A stretch of 64,000 bases of DNA from Somniosus microcephalus (lineage: Eukaryota). Positions 49,101 through 61,609 of this stretch are shown here, one piece after another (positions within the stretch are counted from its first letter, which is position 1; each line of letters opens with the position of its first letter). The notes beneath the pieces were generated by a model that was not told the DNA's origin, ran no database searches, and was given only the letters and a program-made list of their open reading frames with translations. The stretch covers positions 71,362,001 through 71,426,000 of the forward strand of contig CM126208.1 in assembly GCA_052327205.1 (NCBI GenBank), in the 5' to 3' direction. The position numbers were made by a program, and so were the translations under genes.

Positions 49101-52100
49101 CCTGTAAGCCACTGGGGAGCCAGAAAACATTTACAGGTGGATCATTTCAGCAGAGAAATGATACTGACAGTGAACAGATCCCAAAGCACTTTGACTTGTT
49201 TTAATCCAGAACTGGGCAGTGGATCGTACAGCAAAAGAAATGGCAGAGATAAGAAAACATGAAAAATACTGGAAAGCACCCACCTTTTGATTATATTCAA
49301 AGTTATACATTGACTAGAGGTAGGGATTGCCTTGTGTTTACATAATTATGTTACAAGTATTCAATATCGGCTGAAATTGGAGCTCCCATGACAGATTTCA
49401 GAAAGGAACTAAACAGTCTTCGAATATCTCTAACCAGCAGATTTGTCCAAATCTCAACCTCTGTTCGAAGCCCAGACCATGAGTATTAGCAGTATTGTTC
49501 CCCCAATTTCTTTTGGGGTGCGGACCTCTTTAAGGGGCTGCGCAGCCCATTCACAGTTATGCACGAAACTTAACCTTGGAAAAGCCGGTCCCGGGCTGCG
49601 CGTTGGGAACCCTGGTTGGCAGGTCACTGACCCATAAGAGCACCAGTCAATGCCAATCCTCTTATAATCATGAAATCATAGAATCTTAGGAGGCCATTCG
49701 GCCCTTCGTGCCTGGGCCAGATCTTTAAAAGAGCTGTCCAATTTAGTGCCACACCCAGCTTTTCCCCTCATAACACTGCAAGTCAGTCCTCTTCAAGTAC
49801 CCGTCCGATAGCTTTAGCAAGTTCCTATGGAATCTGCTTCAACCACCCTGTCATGTCGTGCATTCCAGATCTGAACAACCCTCAGTGTGACAAGATTTCT
49901 CTTCATTCCCCCTTAAGTTCTTTCACAAAATATTTTAAATCTATGACCTCTGGTTACTGACCCACTTGGAATCAGTTTCTTCCTACTTGCTCGATCAAAA
50001 CCCCTCAATTTTGAATACCTCTATTAGGTCTCTCTCTACGCCAAGGAGAACAATCCCAGCTTCACCAATCTCTCCATATAATGCCATGCAGATGCACTTT
50101 CCAGAAGAGTTACCGGATATAAAGAGGAAATGGAACCCTAGCTGATTATTTTTTACCTTCGTAGGCCAGGACAAGACGACTAATTGCAGTGTCCAAACTG
50201 TTGGCCAAAGTGCACTTGGCTTAAAGGCATAAATCAGTCGTGATGACTGCGCCCAGTCCAATGATCCTTTCTGGAAGTTCACGTCATCAGGTGTAGACAG
50301 GATTAGCCATCACTATGATATCTCCTACAACTGATTTATTTGCCAATATTCATTGACTAGGCTTACACATGAATAATGGCCTTTTATGCAAGGTATAGGA
50401 AATGACCAGCACTGGAACAAATAAACAATGCCTTCACCAGAGAGGAAGGGACAACATTTAGGAAGAGAAAAATTAATGAGGAAAAAAGTTAGCTTAAACC
50501 ATTTTTGTGTACATGCCACATAATGAGGCAATTCTGAGAAGGACAAATATTTCAAAACTCTGATCCCAGTAGCTGCTAAAAACAATAATACTTGGAGAAA
50601 CTGCAGTCGACATGAATGGGCCAGGCACAAATTTCCCACCACCCAATATATGACTCAGCGACCCTGGTTTAGACATTGATGGGTAACTCTGCATACAAAG
50701 TTCGCCCATGGGATGAGAGAGCCAAGTATCATAAGAACATAACATAAGAAATAGGAGCAGGAATAGGCCATTTGGCCCTTCGCGCCTGCTCCGCCATTCA
50801 GTAAGATCATGGCTGATCTCAAGCCAAATAAATCAAGCGCTGCCAAAATCAAATTCCTGGCCTATGCCAAGTTAACTAATCTCATTCAGGATGCGGCAAT
50901 TAGCATCAGTGGCCCTGCATAGGGGCTGTGGGGGGGGGGGGGGGGGGGAGAAGAGAGAAGAAATACCTGAAGCCAGGGCTCCCACTCCTAGCGGTTATCC
51001 AGTGACCCCAAATGGAAAGTCTGCCAATGCAGAACCAGCGATGACAGTATTAGGCTTAGTTCTGATGCCCTCAGACTGCCTGCCAAATACCTACTGTCGA
51101 GGCCCACAGATGAAGAATTGCAACCTGCGCAATGTGATAGAGATGAACTGTATCTCATTAGATTTCACAAATGGAGGGCGAAAAAATCGTAAAGGAAAAA
51201 TAAATTCTGCATGGAAGTGACGCGGTAACCAATTGGATATAAATATTTAAGTTACAAAATGCCGGTTCAGACTCTCCCCACATCACTGGAACACTGCATT
51301 GATGGAGCATTTTATTATTTGGGAAATATGATCACTTTCTTCTTACTTCACTGCATCTCCCATTCACAACTGACAACCTGAACAGTGTTTTGTTCTTACT
51401 GAAAGATACCACATCACATGCGTAAAAGGAAGTCTTTAACGAGCCGGCTACAACATCTTAGCTGTCAGTCATTACATCTTCCACTTGGTGAAGTTGCTTG
51501 CTCTCTCAAACAAGAAACTCATGAACTGGTTTTCGAAAGCGGAAAGTCTGCACAGGGGTCAAAGCAGCTGCACAATGTTCCCTTCTGACTCTTCGCCACA
51601 TATCTTCCTGAGCCTACATTTTTCTGGAGTTCAAAAATAAAAATAAATTTCACGGATTTCACGAGAAGCCAGCCAGGCTGTGATTATTGCACATGAAGAT
51701 GAAGATTGGATTCCAAAGTTTCCAAACTTAGTGAAGCTTCAAAAGTGCAAGGCGCAGTGAGGCCCCTTGCCCGATCTGTCCAAGGTACTAAAACTACAAC
51801 TCAGTGAAGTTACCTTTCTGGAAGATAGCCAATGACTTCCCCAATGTCTCAGTGTGGTTACTTAGTGAGTATATGAATCATACAGGCTAGGAAAGTCCGA
51901 GCGTCCATCAGTTTTGTTATTTGTTCTTGGGATGTTGTTGTGGTTGGGATGTGGGCAACACTGGCAAGTCCAAATTTATTGCCGGTCCCAAGTTGCCGAT
52001 GCCGTAGCGTGGGACTAGAGCCACAGGAAGGGGAGACAGAGTAGAGGTGGCACATTTCCTTCCTTGAAGGGCATTACTAAGTCAGTTGGGGTTTGATAAA

Positions 52101-52264
52101 ATGGGAGCTTTCATAATTTCTGGTGCTTGTCCACAAATCACCAGATTTATTAAATTCCATTTCACTGGGTTGCTAGTTCAGTACCATAACCACGAGGCTA
52201 CAGTACTCTCATAGTATAGATCTGAGGACTGTGCACAGTTAACCAATTTCAGCCAGGGTAGTAC

Positions 52265-54085
52265 CGGCTCTCTGCAAGAGCACTTCAGCTAGTCCCACTC
52301 ACCCGCCCTTTCCCCATAGCCCTGCAATTTTTTTTTCCTTCATGTACTTATCCAATTCCCTTTTCAAAACCACAATTGAATCTGCCTCCACCGCCCTTTC
52401 AGGCAGTGCATTCAAGATCCTAACCACTCGCTGTGTAAAAAAGTTTTTCTTCACGTCGCCTTTGGTTCTTCTGCCAATCACCTTAAATCTGTGTCCTCTG
52501 GTTCTCAACCCTTCCTCCAATGGGAACAGCTTCTCTCTATCTAGACTCATGATTTTGAGCACCTCCATCGAATCTCCTCTCAACCTTCTCTGCTCTGAGA
52601 ACAACCCCAGCTTCTCCAGCCTATCCACATAACTGAAGTCCCTCATCCCTGGAACCAATCTTGTAAATCTTTTCTGCACTCTCTCGAAGGTCTTCACATC
52701 CTTCCTAAAGTGCCCAGAATTGGACACAATACTCCAGTTGAAGCCGAACCAGTGTTTTATAAAGGTTCTTCATAACTTCCTTACTTTTGCACTCAATGCC
52801 TTTATTTATAAAGCCCAAGATCCCATATGCTTTTTAACTGCTTTCTCAACCTGCCTGGCCACCTTCAACAATTTGTGCACATATACCCCCAGCTCTCTGT
52901 TCATGCACCCCCTTTAGAATTGTACCCTTTAGTTTATATTGCCTCTCCTCGTTCTTCCTGCCAAAATGTATCACTTTGCACTTTTCTGCCTTAAATTTCA
53001 TCTGCCACGTGTCCGCCCATTCCACCAGCCTGTCTATGTCCTCTTGAAGTCTATCACTCTCCTCACTGTTCACTATACTTCCAAGCTTTGTGTAATCTGC
53101 AAATTTTGAAAGTGATCTCAAAAAAAGCAGTGTTCCTAGTAATAACTCTCAGGAACACCACTGTGTGCCTTCCTCCAGTCCAAAAAAACAACCATTCACC
53201 ACGACTCAATGTTTCCTGTATCTTAGCCAATTTCGTATCCATATTGTCACTGTCCATGGGCTTCAACTTTGCTGGCAAGCCTATTACGTGGCACTTTATC
53301 AAACGCCTTTTGGAAGTCCATGTGCACCACATCAACCACACTGCCCTCATCAACCCTCTGTTACCTCATCAAAAAACTCAATCAAGTTAGTTAAACATGA
53401 TTTGCCTTTGACAAATCCATGCTGACATTCCTTAATTAATCCACATATGTCCAAGTAACTTAATTTTGTCCCGGCTTATCATTTCTAAAAGCTTCCCCAC
53501 CACGAAGGTTAAACTGACTGGCCTGCAGTTGCTGGGTTTATCCTTACACCCTTTTTTGAACAATGGTGTAACATTTGCAATTCTCCAGTCCTCTGGCACC
53601 ACCCCATATCCAAGGAGGATTGGAAGAAAGGGCCAGTACCTCCACAATTTCCACCTTTACTTCCCTCAGCACCCTAGGACACATCCCATCTGACTTATCT
53701 ACTTTATTATGTACAGCCAGCCTTTCTAGTACTTCCTCTATCAATTTTTAGCCCATCCAGCATCTCAACTACCTCCTCTTTCACTATGACTTTGGCAGCA
53801 TCTTCTTCCTTGGTAAAGACAGATGCAAAGTATTCATTTAGTACCTCAGCTATGCCCTCTGCCTCCATGCGTAGGTCACCTTTTTGGTCACTAATTGACC
53901 CCACATCTCTTACTACCTGTTTACGGTTTGTAGAAAACCTTTGGATTCCCTTTTATGTTAGCTGCCACTCTATTCCCATACTCTCTCTTTGCCCCTCATT
54001 TCTTTTTTCACTTTCCCATTGAACTTTCTACATTCAGCCTGGTTCTCACTTGTATTCTCAACCTGCCAGCTGTCATACACCCCTG
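52265..54085 (-). mobile_element. CR1 LINE, another subfamily, many frameshifts
   Basis: LNEYFASVFTKE, PEDWRIANVTPLFKKG, SKFADYTKLG, NFFTQRVVR. Confidence 0.93.
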
Positions 54086-54480
54086 AATAATGACCATTTG
54101 GGTAAGATATACAAGAGGACAAATGATGCCCACAGAATTGTACTTTGGCATGGAGTCTTTTTCTACAAAACTTAGTCCTCTGACACTAAGAATCAACCCT
54201 GTGGCCTCGTTCTGCACCCCTTCCAGGATGTTTCCTCTTGTGTAGCATTCAAGGTGTGGCATGATCATAGTTTCTGCTTTATATTAGTTGATTCAAAATA
54301 CAAGTGTTGAGTCCAACATGATTCCCAGATATCGTTTAGCCATTTCCCCTTTTAGCCACTAACCTTTCATTAAGTATGTCTCCTTTTTTACCTTCTAGTG
54401 TGTAACACCATGCACTTCCATGTATTGAACTGCATCTACCATAATTCTGCCCAGTTGGAAATTTTGCCTCTGTCGTTTGC

Positions 54481-55845
54481 ATAAGAACATAAGAAATAAG
54501 AGCAGGAGTAGGCCATTTGGCCCTTCGAGCCTGCTCCACCATTCAGTAAGATCATGGCTGATCTTCTACCTCATCTCCACTTTCCTGCACTATCCCCATA
54601 TCCCTTGATGCCCTTAATATCTAAAAATCTATCGATCTCTGTCTTGAATATACTCAACGACTGAGCCTCCACAGCCCTCTGGGGTAGAGAATTCCAAAGA
54701 TTCACCACCCTCTGAGTGAAGAAATTTCACCTCATCTCAGTCCTAAATGGCCGACCCCTTATTCTGAGACTGTGACCCCTGGTTCTAGACTCCCCAGCCA
54801 GGGGAAACATCCTCCATGCATCTACCCTGTCAAGCCCTGTAACAATTTTGTATGCATCAATGAGATCACCTCTCATTCTTCTAAACTCTAGAGAATATAG
54901 GCCTAGTCTACTCAATCTCTCCTCATAGGACAATCCCCCCCATCCCAGGAATCAGTCTGGTGAACCTTTGTTGTACTCCCTCTGTGGCAAGTATATCCTT
55001 CCTTTGGTAAGGAGACCAAAACTGTACACAATACTCCAGGTGTGGTCTCACCAGGGCCCTATATAATTGCAGTGAGACGTCTTTACTCTTATACTCAAAT
55101 CCTCTTGTAATAAAGGCCAACATACCATTTGCTTTCCTAATTGCTTGCTGTCCCTGCATGTTAACTTTCAGTGATTCATGTACAAGGACACCCAGGTCCC
55201 TCTGAACACCAACATTTCCCCATCTCTCACCATTTAAAAAAACTCTGCTTTTCTATTTTTCCTACCAAAGTAGATAACATTTCTCCACATTATATTCCAT
55301 TTGCCATGTTCTTGCCCACTCACTTAGCCTGTCTATATCCCCTTGAAGCCTCCTTGCATCCTCCTCACAACTTACATTCCCACCCAGCTTTGTATGAGCA
55401 AACTTGGATATATTACATTTGATTCCCTCATCCAAATCATTGATGTAGATTGTGAATAGCTGAGGCCCAAGCACTGATCCTTGTGGTACCCCACTAGTTA
55501 CAGCCTGCCAACCCGAAAATGACCCGTTTATTCCTACTCCCTGTTTTCTATCCGTTAACCAATCCTCAATCCACGCTAGTATATTACCCCCAATCCCATG
55601 AGCCCTAATTTTGTTTAATAACCTCTTGTGTGGCACCTTATAGAATGCCTTCTGAAAATCCAAATACACCACATCTAATGGTTCCCCCATATCTATTCTG
55701 CGAGTTGCAACCTTAAAAAAACTAAGATTTGTCAAACACGATTTTCCTTTCATAAATCCTTGTCGACTTCGCCCAATCCTATTATGATTTTCTAAATGCC
55801 CGGTTACCACGTCCTTAATAGATTCTAGCATTTTTCCTACAACTG
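54481..55845 (-). mobile_element. 5'-truncated CR1 LINE (ATAAGAAC tail subfamily; short tail copy at 50730-50820)
   Basis: [50 protein letters not shown]. Confidence 0.95.
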
Positions 55846-57007
55846 TTGCCTCATTAGGCTCGATAAGTAGACCTTTCTTAAAATGCACCACGCTGGCCAA
55901 GCTTTTGGTCACCCTGCCCAATATCGCCGCCTTTGCTTGGCATCCATTGCTTACTTGAGCCTTTGTGAGGCGCTCCAAGAAGTTTTTCTACATTAAAGAC
56001 ACGATATTATTGTTGATTAAACAAGATCAAAATTAGACATGCCTCTGCTGTAGGGGTGTAGTCACAGAATTAGACTACTGACACTATCTACTGAACCCAT
56101 GAAGAGGAATTTTGTCTGGTCAGTGCCGAACTAAGATATGGAGCTCTTGACTCAGTTTATAGAATAAACAGCTTCAACTATACTCGTAACTAGTAAGGTG
56201 GGACAAAAGGCCCACCAACTATCGCTGAGGCACAATGACCTTGAATGCGAGCTGCCACAACACCGCTGCTCCACAACAGACCGGAAAATTACTTAGTATT
56301 AAGAGGGCACGCAACAGAAAAATGTATACTTTTTATACAACAAACTATTTAACCTTGGATGCCGGTAGACATCAAAATTTTTAAAAAGCAATGGAAAAAT
56401 AAATCTCAAGACTGTACAGGTAAACAGAGATCCAAAGAAAAGCTGATGAAATTGGGTTAGCTGCAGAACTCTACTCCTATTCAGAGTCTGGGTTAAACAG
56501 ATCCTCGATCAGCTGAAAAAAACCACACCCTTCCTTTGGCCGATTAGATCATCGCAACAAGTCAGCATGGGGTAGAGTGGGACAAGTCATACCCACAGTG
56601 GGGGGCATCATGCCAATAAAGACCACCACAGCACAATTGTTGTTAACAGTGAGCAGTTCTACTGAATTACCTTGCAATGATGCTTTTTAGAATTTTGCAT
56701 GCACTCCAGTAGACTTGTATTTTTTTGAGTTCTTATCCATCATTCCTCATCTTTCTCCCACCTACCACATTCATGAAATCGTCGTCAATCAGGATGGTTA
56801 GGCCAGAGACGCCCTGATCAACCCACGAGGAGTACAACACAATGTGCATGGGTTGGCAATGCTCTCCTTCCTTGGGCTTTTTAGTGACTCCAGTTGCTGA
56901 ACCACAGCCAATATCATGGCTTAGAATCCATAGTGTATAGGGTGCTGAGCAATATAGACCAGAAGGTTACAGGTTTGATGCCTGGTATGTACAGAGTCAT
57001 CTAGTTA

Positions 57008-57334
57008 CAGGAAACTTTGGTTTATCCGGAGGTTAACTGTCCGGAATGCTCAAGCCACCGGCAAAAATCAGGAGCCATTTCATTAGGTTTTTTTTCTTTT
57101 CATTGCTTTTTTTCCCCCACCAGTCAGGCTCTGCAAGGTCTCGCTGAAGCTGTTGCTAAGCTACAGGGACACTTGCAAGGTACGGCCGACTGTTTAGAAG
57201 CTGTTGCTAAGCAACAGGGTTTGTTGCCAGATACGGCGCTCAAAATCGCCGTATGTTTCAACATTAGCGCTGGTTTGTCCAGCAGTTTTGATGGGACGGC
57301 AACAGCTCGATCCCATATATCACAAAGTTTCCTG
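57008..57334. mobile_element. Second Tc1/mariner-type MITE of the same family, TA duplication intact
   Basis: TA|CAGGAAACTTTG ... CAAAGTTTCCTG|TA; shares ACCGGCAAAA.TCAGGAG and GTTGCTAAGCAAC with 35545-35877. Confidence 0.85.
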
Positions 57335-57594
57335 TATCTAGGGATAAAAAGAGTAAAAATCATCAGCCTAGGTTCCCACCTCTGATTACACCAGTGACTC
57401 CTGCTGGAATCTGTGTGTATATACGCGGATGATGCCAAGGACAGAATTGGAGCCATCGATGATGCCCCCCATCAAAAGGTAGGGCAGATGATCCATCCTA
57501 TCTCAGTTCATATTTCTAGAAAGAACCAACGGTCTATCACAGAATCCAACTGTTGAAGTGATTCCAAGGTTTTTGCTTGCTTCCAGTATCCTAC

Positions 57595-57697
57595 CCAGAA
57601 GTCGGTGCTATGGTCAGGTCGGCCTGTTGCCACTCTCTGTTTAGGCTCACACATGATGAACCACCACAGAGGGCTGCCAGCTTCCATGGGACTGTAC
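57595..57697 (-). CDS. Candidate exon 2 of gene B with possible start codon at 57687: MEAGSPLWWFIMCEPKQRVATGRPDHSTDFW
   Basis: Very strong acceptor with branch-like CTAAT: CCTAATTTTCTCCCCTGCAG|; CCCATGG context; donor TGG|GTAGGA (or read-through to the stop at 57508). The acceptor is more certain than the coding status. Confidence 0.45.
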
Positions 57698-58339
57698 CTG
57701 CAGGGGAGAAAATTAGGCAAAGGAGGGATTTGTAAAAATGAAAAATGATTTCACACGGTCCACCCATCAGAGATAGAGGGTGACGCCTCTTCCTTCCTTC
57801 CCCCCGTTTAGGGGACCTCAGCTATTAAATCACAACCAGAATGGTCTCCTAGCTCAAAATCTCCAGTCTCCTGGTTCAGAATCCACATGTAGATTTAATC
57901 AGTTCACTGAATGCCACCAAGGTCTGAAATATCATGAACTGATGGTAAATGCAAGGTAACAGTGCCGCAAAAGGCCAATCTATATTATGGGTTGTGTGGA
58001 CACCAGAATCAACAGATCAGCCTGATCACAGAACTGTCAAATCAAAGAACATTGGCAAATGTAAATCGGAGCATGAGGAAATAATTTAATAATTCAATTA
58101 TCTGCTGCAGAAAATAAAAATTACTGTTTTTCAAAAAAAATCTCTTCCTCCTGTCCACATGGTACATGTCATTCTTTGGCTCGTGGAGACTTGCTGCTCC
58201 ACACAGCACATGCTGATGCCCTTTTTCCCGCTCAGCTGGGGATCAGAAAGTTGTCACGTTGACTGACTGCAAGACTAAGTAGACAACTCAGTGGTACGAA
58301 ACACAGGCACACCAATAGGGTTTAATTAGATTTAATGGG

Positions 58340-58890
58340 TACCAGCAGGGGAGCCCGGCGTTGCCAGGGCAATTTTGGGCCGCGCGGTCTCCGTGCCCGT
58401 GTCCCCCCCCCTCTCTGTCCCTCTCTGTCCCTCTCCCCCTCTCCCTGCCTCCCTCCCCCCTCCCCTCCCCTCCGCCCCCCACCCTTCTGATAGCGGCCGG
58501 GCTGTCGGGCAGAGACGGACCCGAGCTGAGCTCTCTCGCGGATCGCGCGGCCGCTACCGCTCCCCCGACCGCTGTGTGTGTCGGGCTGAGCGGTTGCGAG
58601 GCACGGCCCGAGTGAGCCCAACTTACCTGCCGGTGTGGCGGGGCAGGAGCGGGATCGGGAGCCGCAATGTGAGGGTTGCTGTGGGGATGGAGCTCCCCCG
58701 CAGGTGGCGCGGTTGACGGTCGGCCGCTGCCGGTGACCCACCCGCTGCGTGGAAACTCACCTGCCGCTGCTGGAGTTGGAATGTGGGGGTTTGTTTGGCT
58801 GGTGGTGTCACTGTGGGGATTGAAAAAAATGGCGGCGAAGTTTAGGGAGACTGGAGCATTAGGTCCCGCCTGGTCAACCATCAGGTGAGT
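58340..58890. promoter_or_regulatory. CpG island at the 5' end of gene B, with RFX X-box GTTGCCAGGGCAAT (58360-58373) and YY1 motif AAAATGGCGGC (58826-58836)
   Basis: High GC and CpG density relative to flanks; motifs read directly. Confidence 0.85.
58627..58850 (-). other. Non-coding first exon(s) of gene B with alternative donors at 58761 (CAG|GTGAGT) and 58627 (CAG|GTAAGT)
   Basis: Two perfect consensus 5' splice sites in the CpG island, downstream of GCCGCCATTTT and of two CCAAT boxes. TSS is inferred. Confidence 0.7.
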
Positions 58891-58895
58891 GAACT

Positions 58896-58953
58896 GTAGG
58901 ATTGGTCAAGCAGCACATCACTCAACACTAATGAGAGGTAGGATTGGTCAAGC
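58896..58953 (-). promoter_or_regulatory. Two NF-Y CCAAT boxes within a duplicated 16-mer (GTAGGATTGGTCAAGC), 42 bp apart
   Basis: ATTGG at 58901-58905 and 58943-58947; minus strand reads GACCAATCC. Confidence 0.7.
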
Positions 58954-61514
58954 GCTAATGAGTGGATTTTTGAACGTTTTTTGTACAGTGTGCAAACCAT
59001 TTTTGCGTGACGAAAAAGTAAATACGCCTACAAGAGTCCCCTAACGATAAGCTTTCTTTTGATATAACATGTGTAGGTACGCTCTATAACTTTTAATTGT
59101 ATAGCCGGACAGAGAGACAGAAAGACAGACAGAGACATATACTGTTTTATATATATAGATATAAGATAGGTGAAATACAAATGTGGCAGGAGCCACTGGA
59201 TAATGATCAGGAATAGAAACCTCATGCAAAACTGGTCAGTTTTTTTTTTCAAAAGCCTGGTCTGAGAAGAGAAATGGGATCATGCAGTGCCTTGCCAGGG
59301 TCTTCCTTTTAATGTCACTCTCACTGAGGAAACACGGCACTGCCAATTTCAGTTCAAGTACAGTTGAGTCAGTTTAAAAAAAAACAAAAAAAGTCTCTAG
59401 TTGCAGAACGATTTCAAGAACGTAAAATGTAAGCATTATGAAAACTGCAAAATATCCAAAACTTGTGCTACAGTTTGACATACTGCTGGACACCACTTCT
59501 CCCTTCCCTGGGAGAAAGAAACTAAATTAAATTCAGCTCTAAAATAGGATGAAGATACATGTAGAAATCAATCCTTGCTAAATAATTCAGTTTAAACGAA
59601 CGGATTCAAAAAAATAAGTGGAAGCTGTTGCTGCTGCTGAGAATTTCTCTAATATGATTAAAATGGTAGCAAAAGGAAAGAGTAGAACTAACAATGGCGC
59701 AGTACAAAATAATTTATCACTAGTACAAAAGGTCATAAATTAAATGTCTGTTAGTACTCTGCAGAGCTCTTCGTCTGCTTGTTTGATTTTCGCCCAGATC
59801 AAATTAACTGGACTATATCCACTGACACAAAGTTGATATAATCCCTTTAACCTTTAAAGGCCCAAAAGCATCACAGAGAATTTTTTTAGTGCAATCTTCT
59901 CTCTGACAGCATACGTGTTGGTGTTGGGGATGGTTGGGTTGGGGGGGTGGGGGGGGTGGGGGGGGGGGGGCGAGGGGCGGTGTTGGGTGGCAGCAAGGAG
60001 GGAGAAAAGAAAAATTACAAAGTATTCTGAATTTATCAAGCACGACAAGCTGTTGAATACAGGTTCATTTGCTTCCCCTAGAAAGCACAATCAAGATCCA
60101 GAAATCATCATGCAGAGGAACTGCAGGCATTAACCACATTGGCTGTGGGTAATTGGTAAATTGAAAGAGGCCAAACATCTTTGTACTCCAACCCACAAGA
60201 TAACTCTGGACGAGGAAGAAAATTTGGCCCGTCTTAGCTTATCCATTTGAGAATTCTTTCATCCCTATCCCCAATGCAGGATCTAATTGATTTTTATGAT
60301 ACCAGAGACTTTGCTTCACTATTTATTTCACGTGTTGATTACTCTGTATGTGAAGAATTTCTTGATATCAATCCGATTTATCTGCCAATCTTTTGTCCAA
60401 TTACACATTTACCTTCACACCCATACAAAATGTGTGGTCATTTTAACCACCAACTGAAACCCCATCACGCCCAAAGAACTGTCCTGCAGATGCATTTTGA
60501 TTTTATTAAATATCCATTTCAGGAAGTATAGAGCAATAATAATGCAACGAAAAATTCTGTTTAGTAGGTGACAGCACTGAATTGACCTGAGCTTTGGGAA
60601 TCAGCGTGGGAATAAGGCACACAGAATCACCAGACAGGTAAAACCAGTCGACAAACTGGAGACCATGAATCGCTGACTGTGGTAGGTGTAACCTCCCTTT
60701 CGACTCATACACAGTTGATCCCCGAGGAAGATAACACAGCAGAAAATTGATAAATACACATGATAAATAACCTATTTAACCAGGGTGGTTACGTGTATTA
60801 ATGTGCTGGTGTCAATAAGCTATGGGGGAAAAAACAGGCACTTTAGCCAATATGTCTTAATGTTGCATAATACATTTGGCATGCAATCCTTCTAATTTGC
60901 TCCCATCCATGACAGATCTCTAATCACCAGTAGTTCACCTTACTGTTACACAGCTCAAAATATCCCTCCCTACACAACCAGAGTGTGGAAGGAACAGAAG
61001 ATTGAGTAAATTGGAGTGTTTTTCCTAGTTTCACTGAACATAGCATGACAATTTCATGCATCCAACTATTCAGGAAAACTTTAATTTTGTCAAGATTTAA
61101 TTCTGAAACATTTTCTGGTGCAGGACATGGGAGAAGGAGTAAGTTATTAGCATCTGACTGAGCCTTTTAAGTTTTACACACACATCCCAAAAATCCATGG
61201 CCGCTCGAGTGAAGACTAACTGCTCAAGTAAAACAGAGGGATTTTTTTTAGCCTTTTTCCTCATTTGGCTCAGTGTTGATGCATTATCCCTTTGATTAGG
61301 TCCTTGCTGGTTTCTAGCCTTTTGCTGGGGACTCTCCATACAGCTCCGCTGTGCGTGGCCTCTGCTCCCCAAATGTTACTTGACATGGCTGTACTAAACG
61401 TGATGTCTTTTTCTGGTTATGTGTGTTCCTGCTGTTCACTCCATATTTCACTTGCTATATTTTGCATTTTTTAATTTTTTTAAATAAAAAATATACACCC
61501 GACACCAATACAAT

Positions 61515-61609
61515 TATTTGTATATCAAAAACCTACGGTTGGAAATATTTGTATCCCAAAAACCTACGGTTGGAAATATTTGTATCCCAAAAACCTACGG
61601 TTGAAAATA
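61515..61609. repeat. 31-bp tandem repeat, about 3 copies (CAAAAACCTACGGTTGGAAATATTTGTATCC)
   Basis: Units start at 61526, 61557 and 61588; no spacers. Confidence 0.92.
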
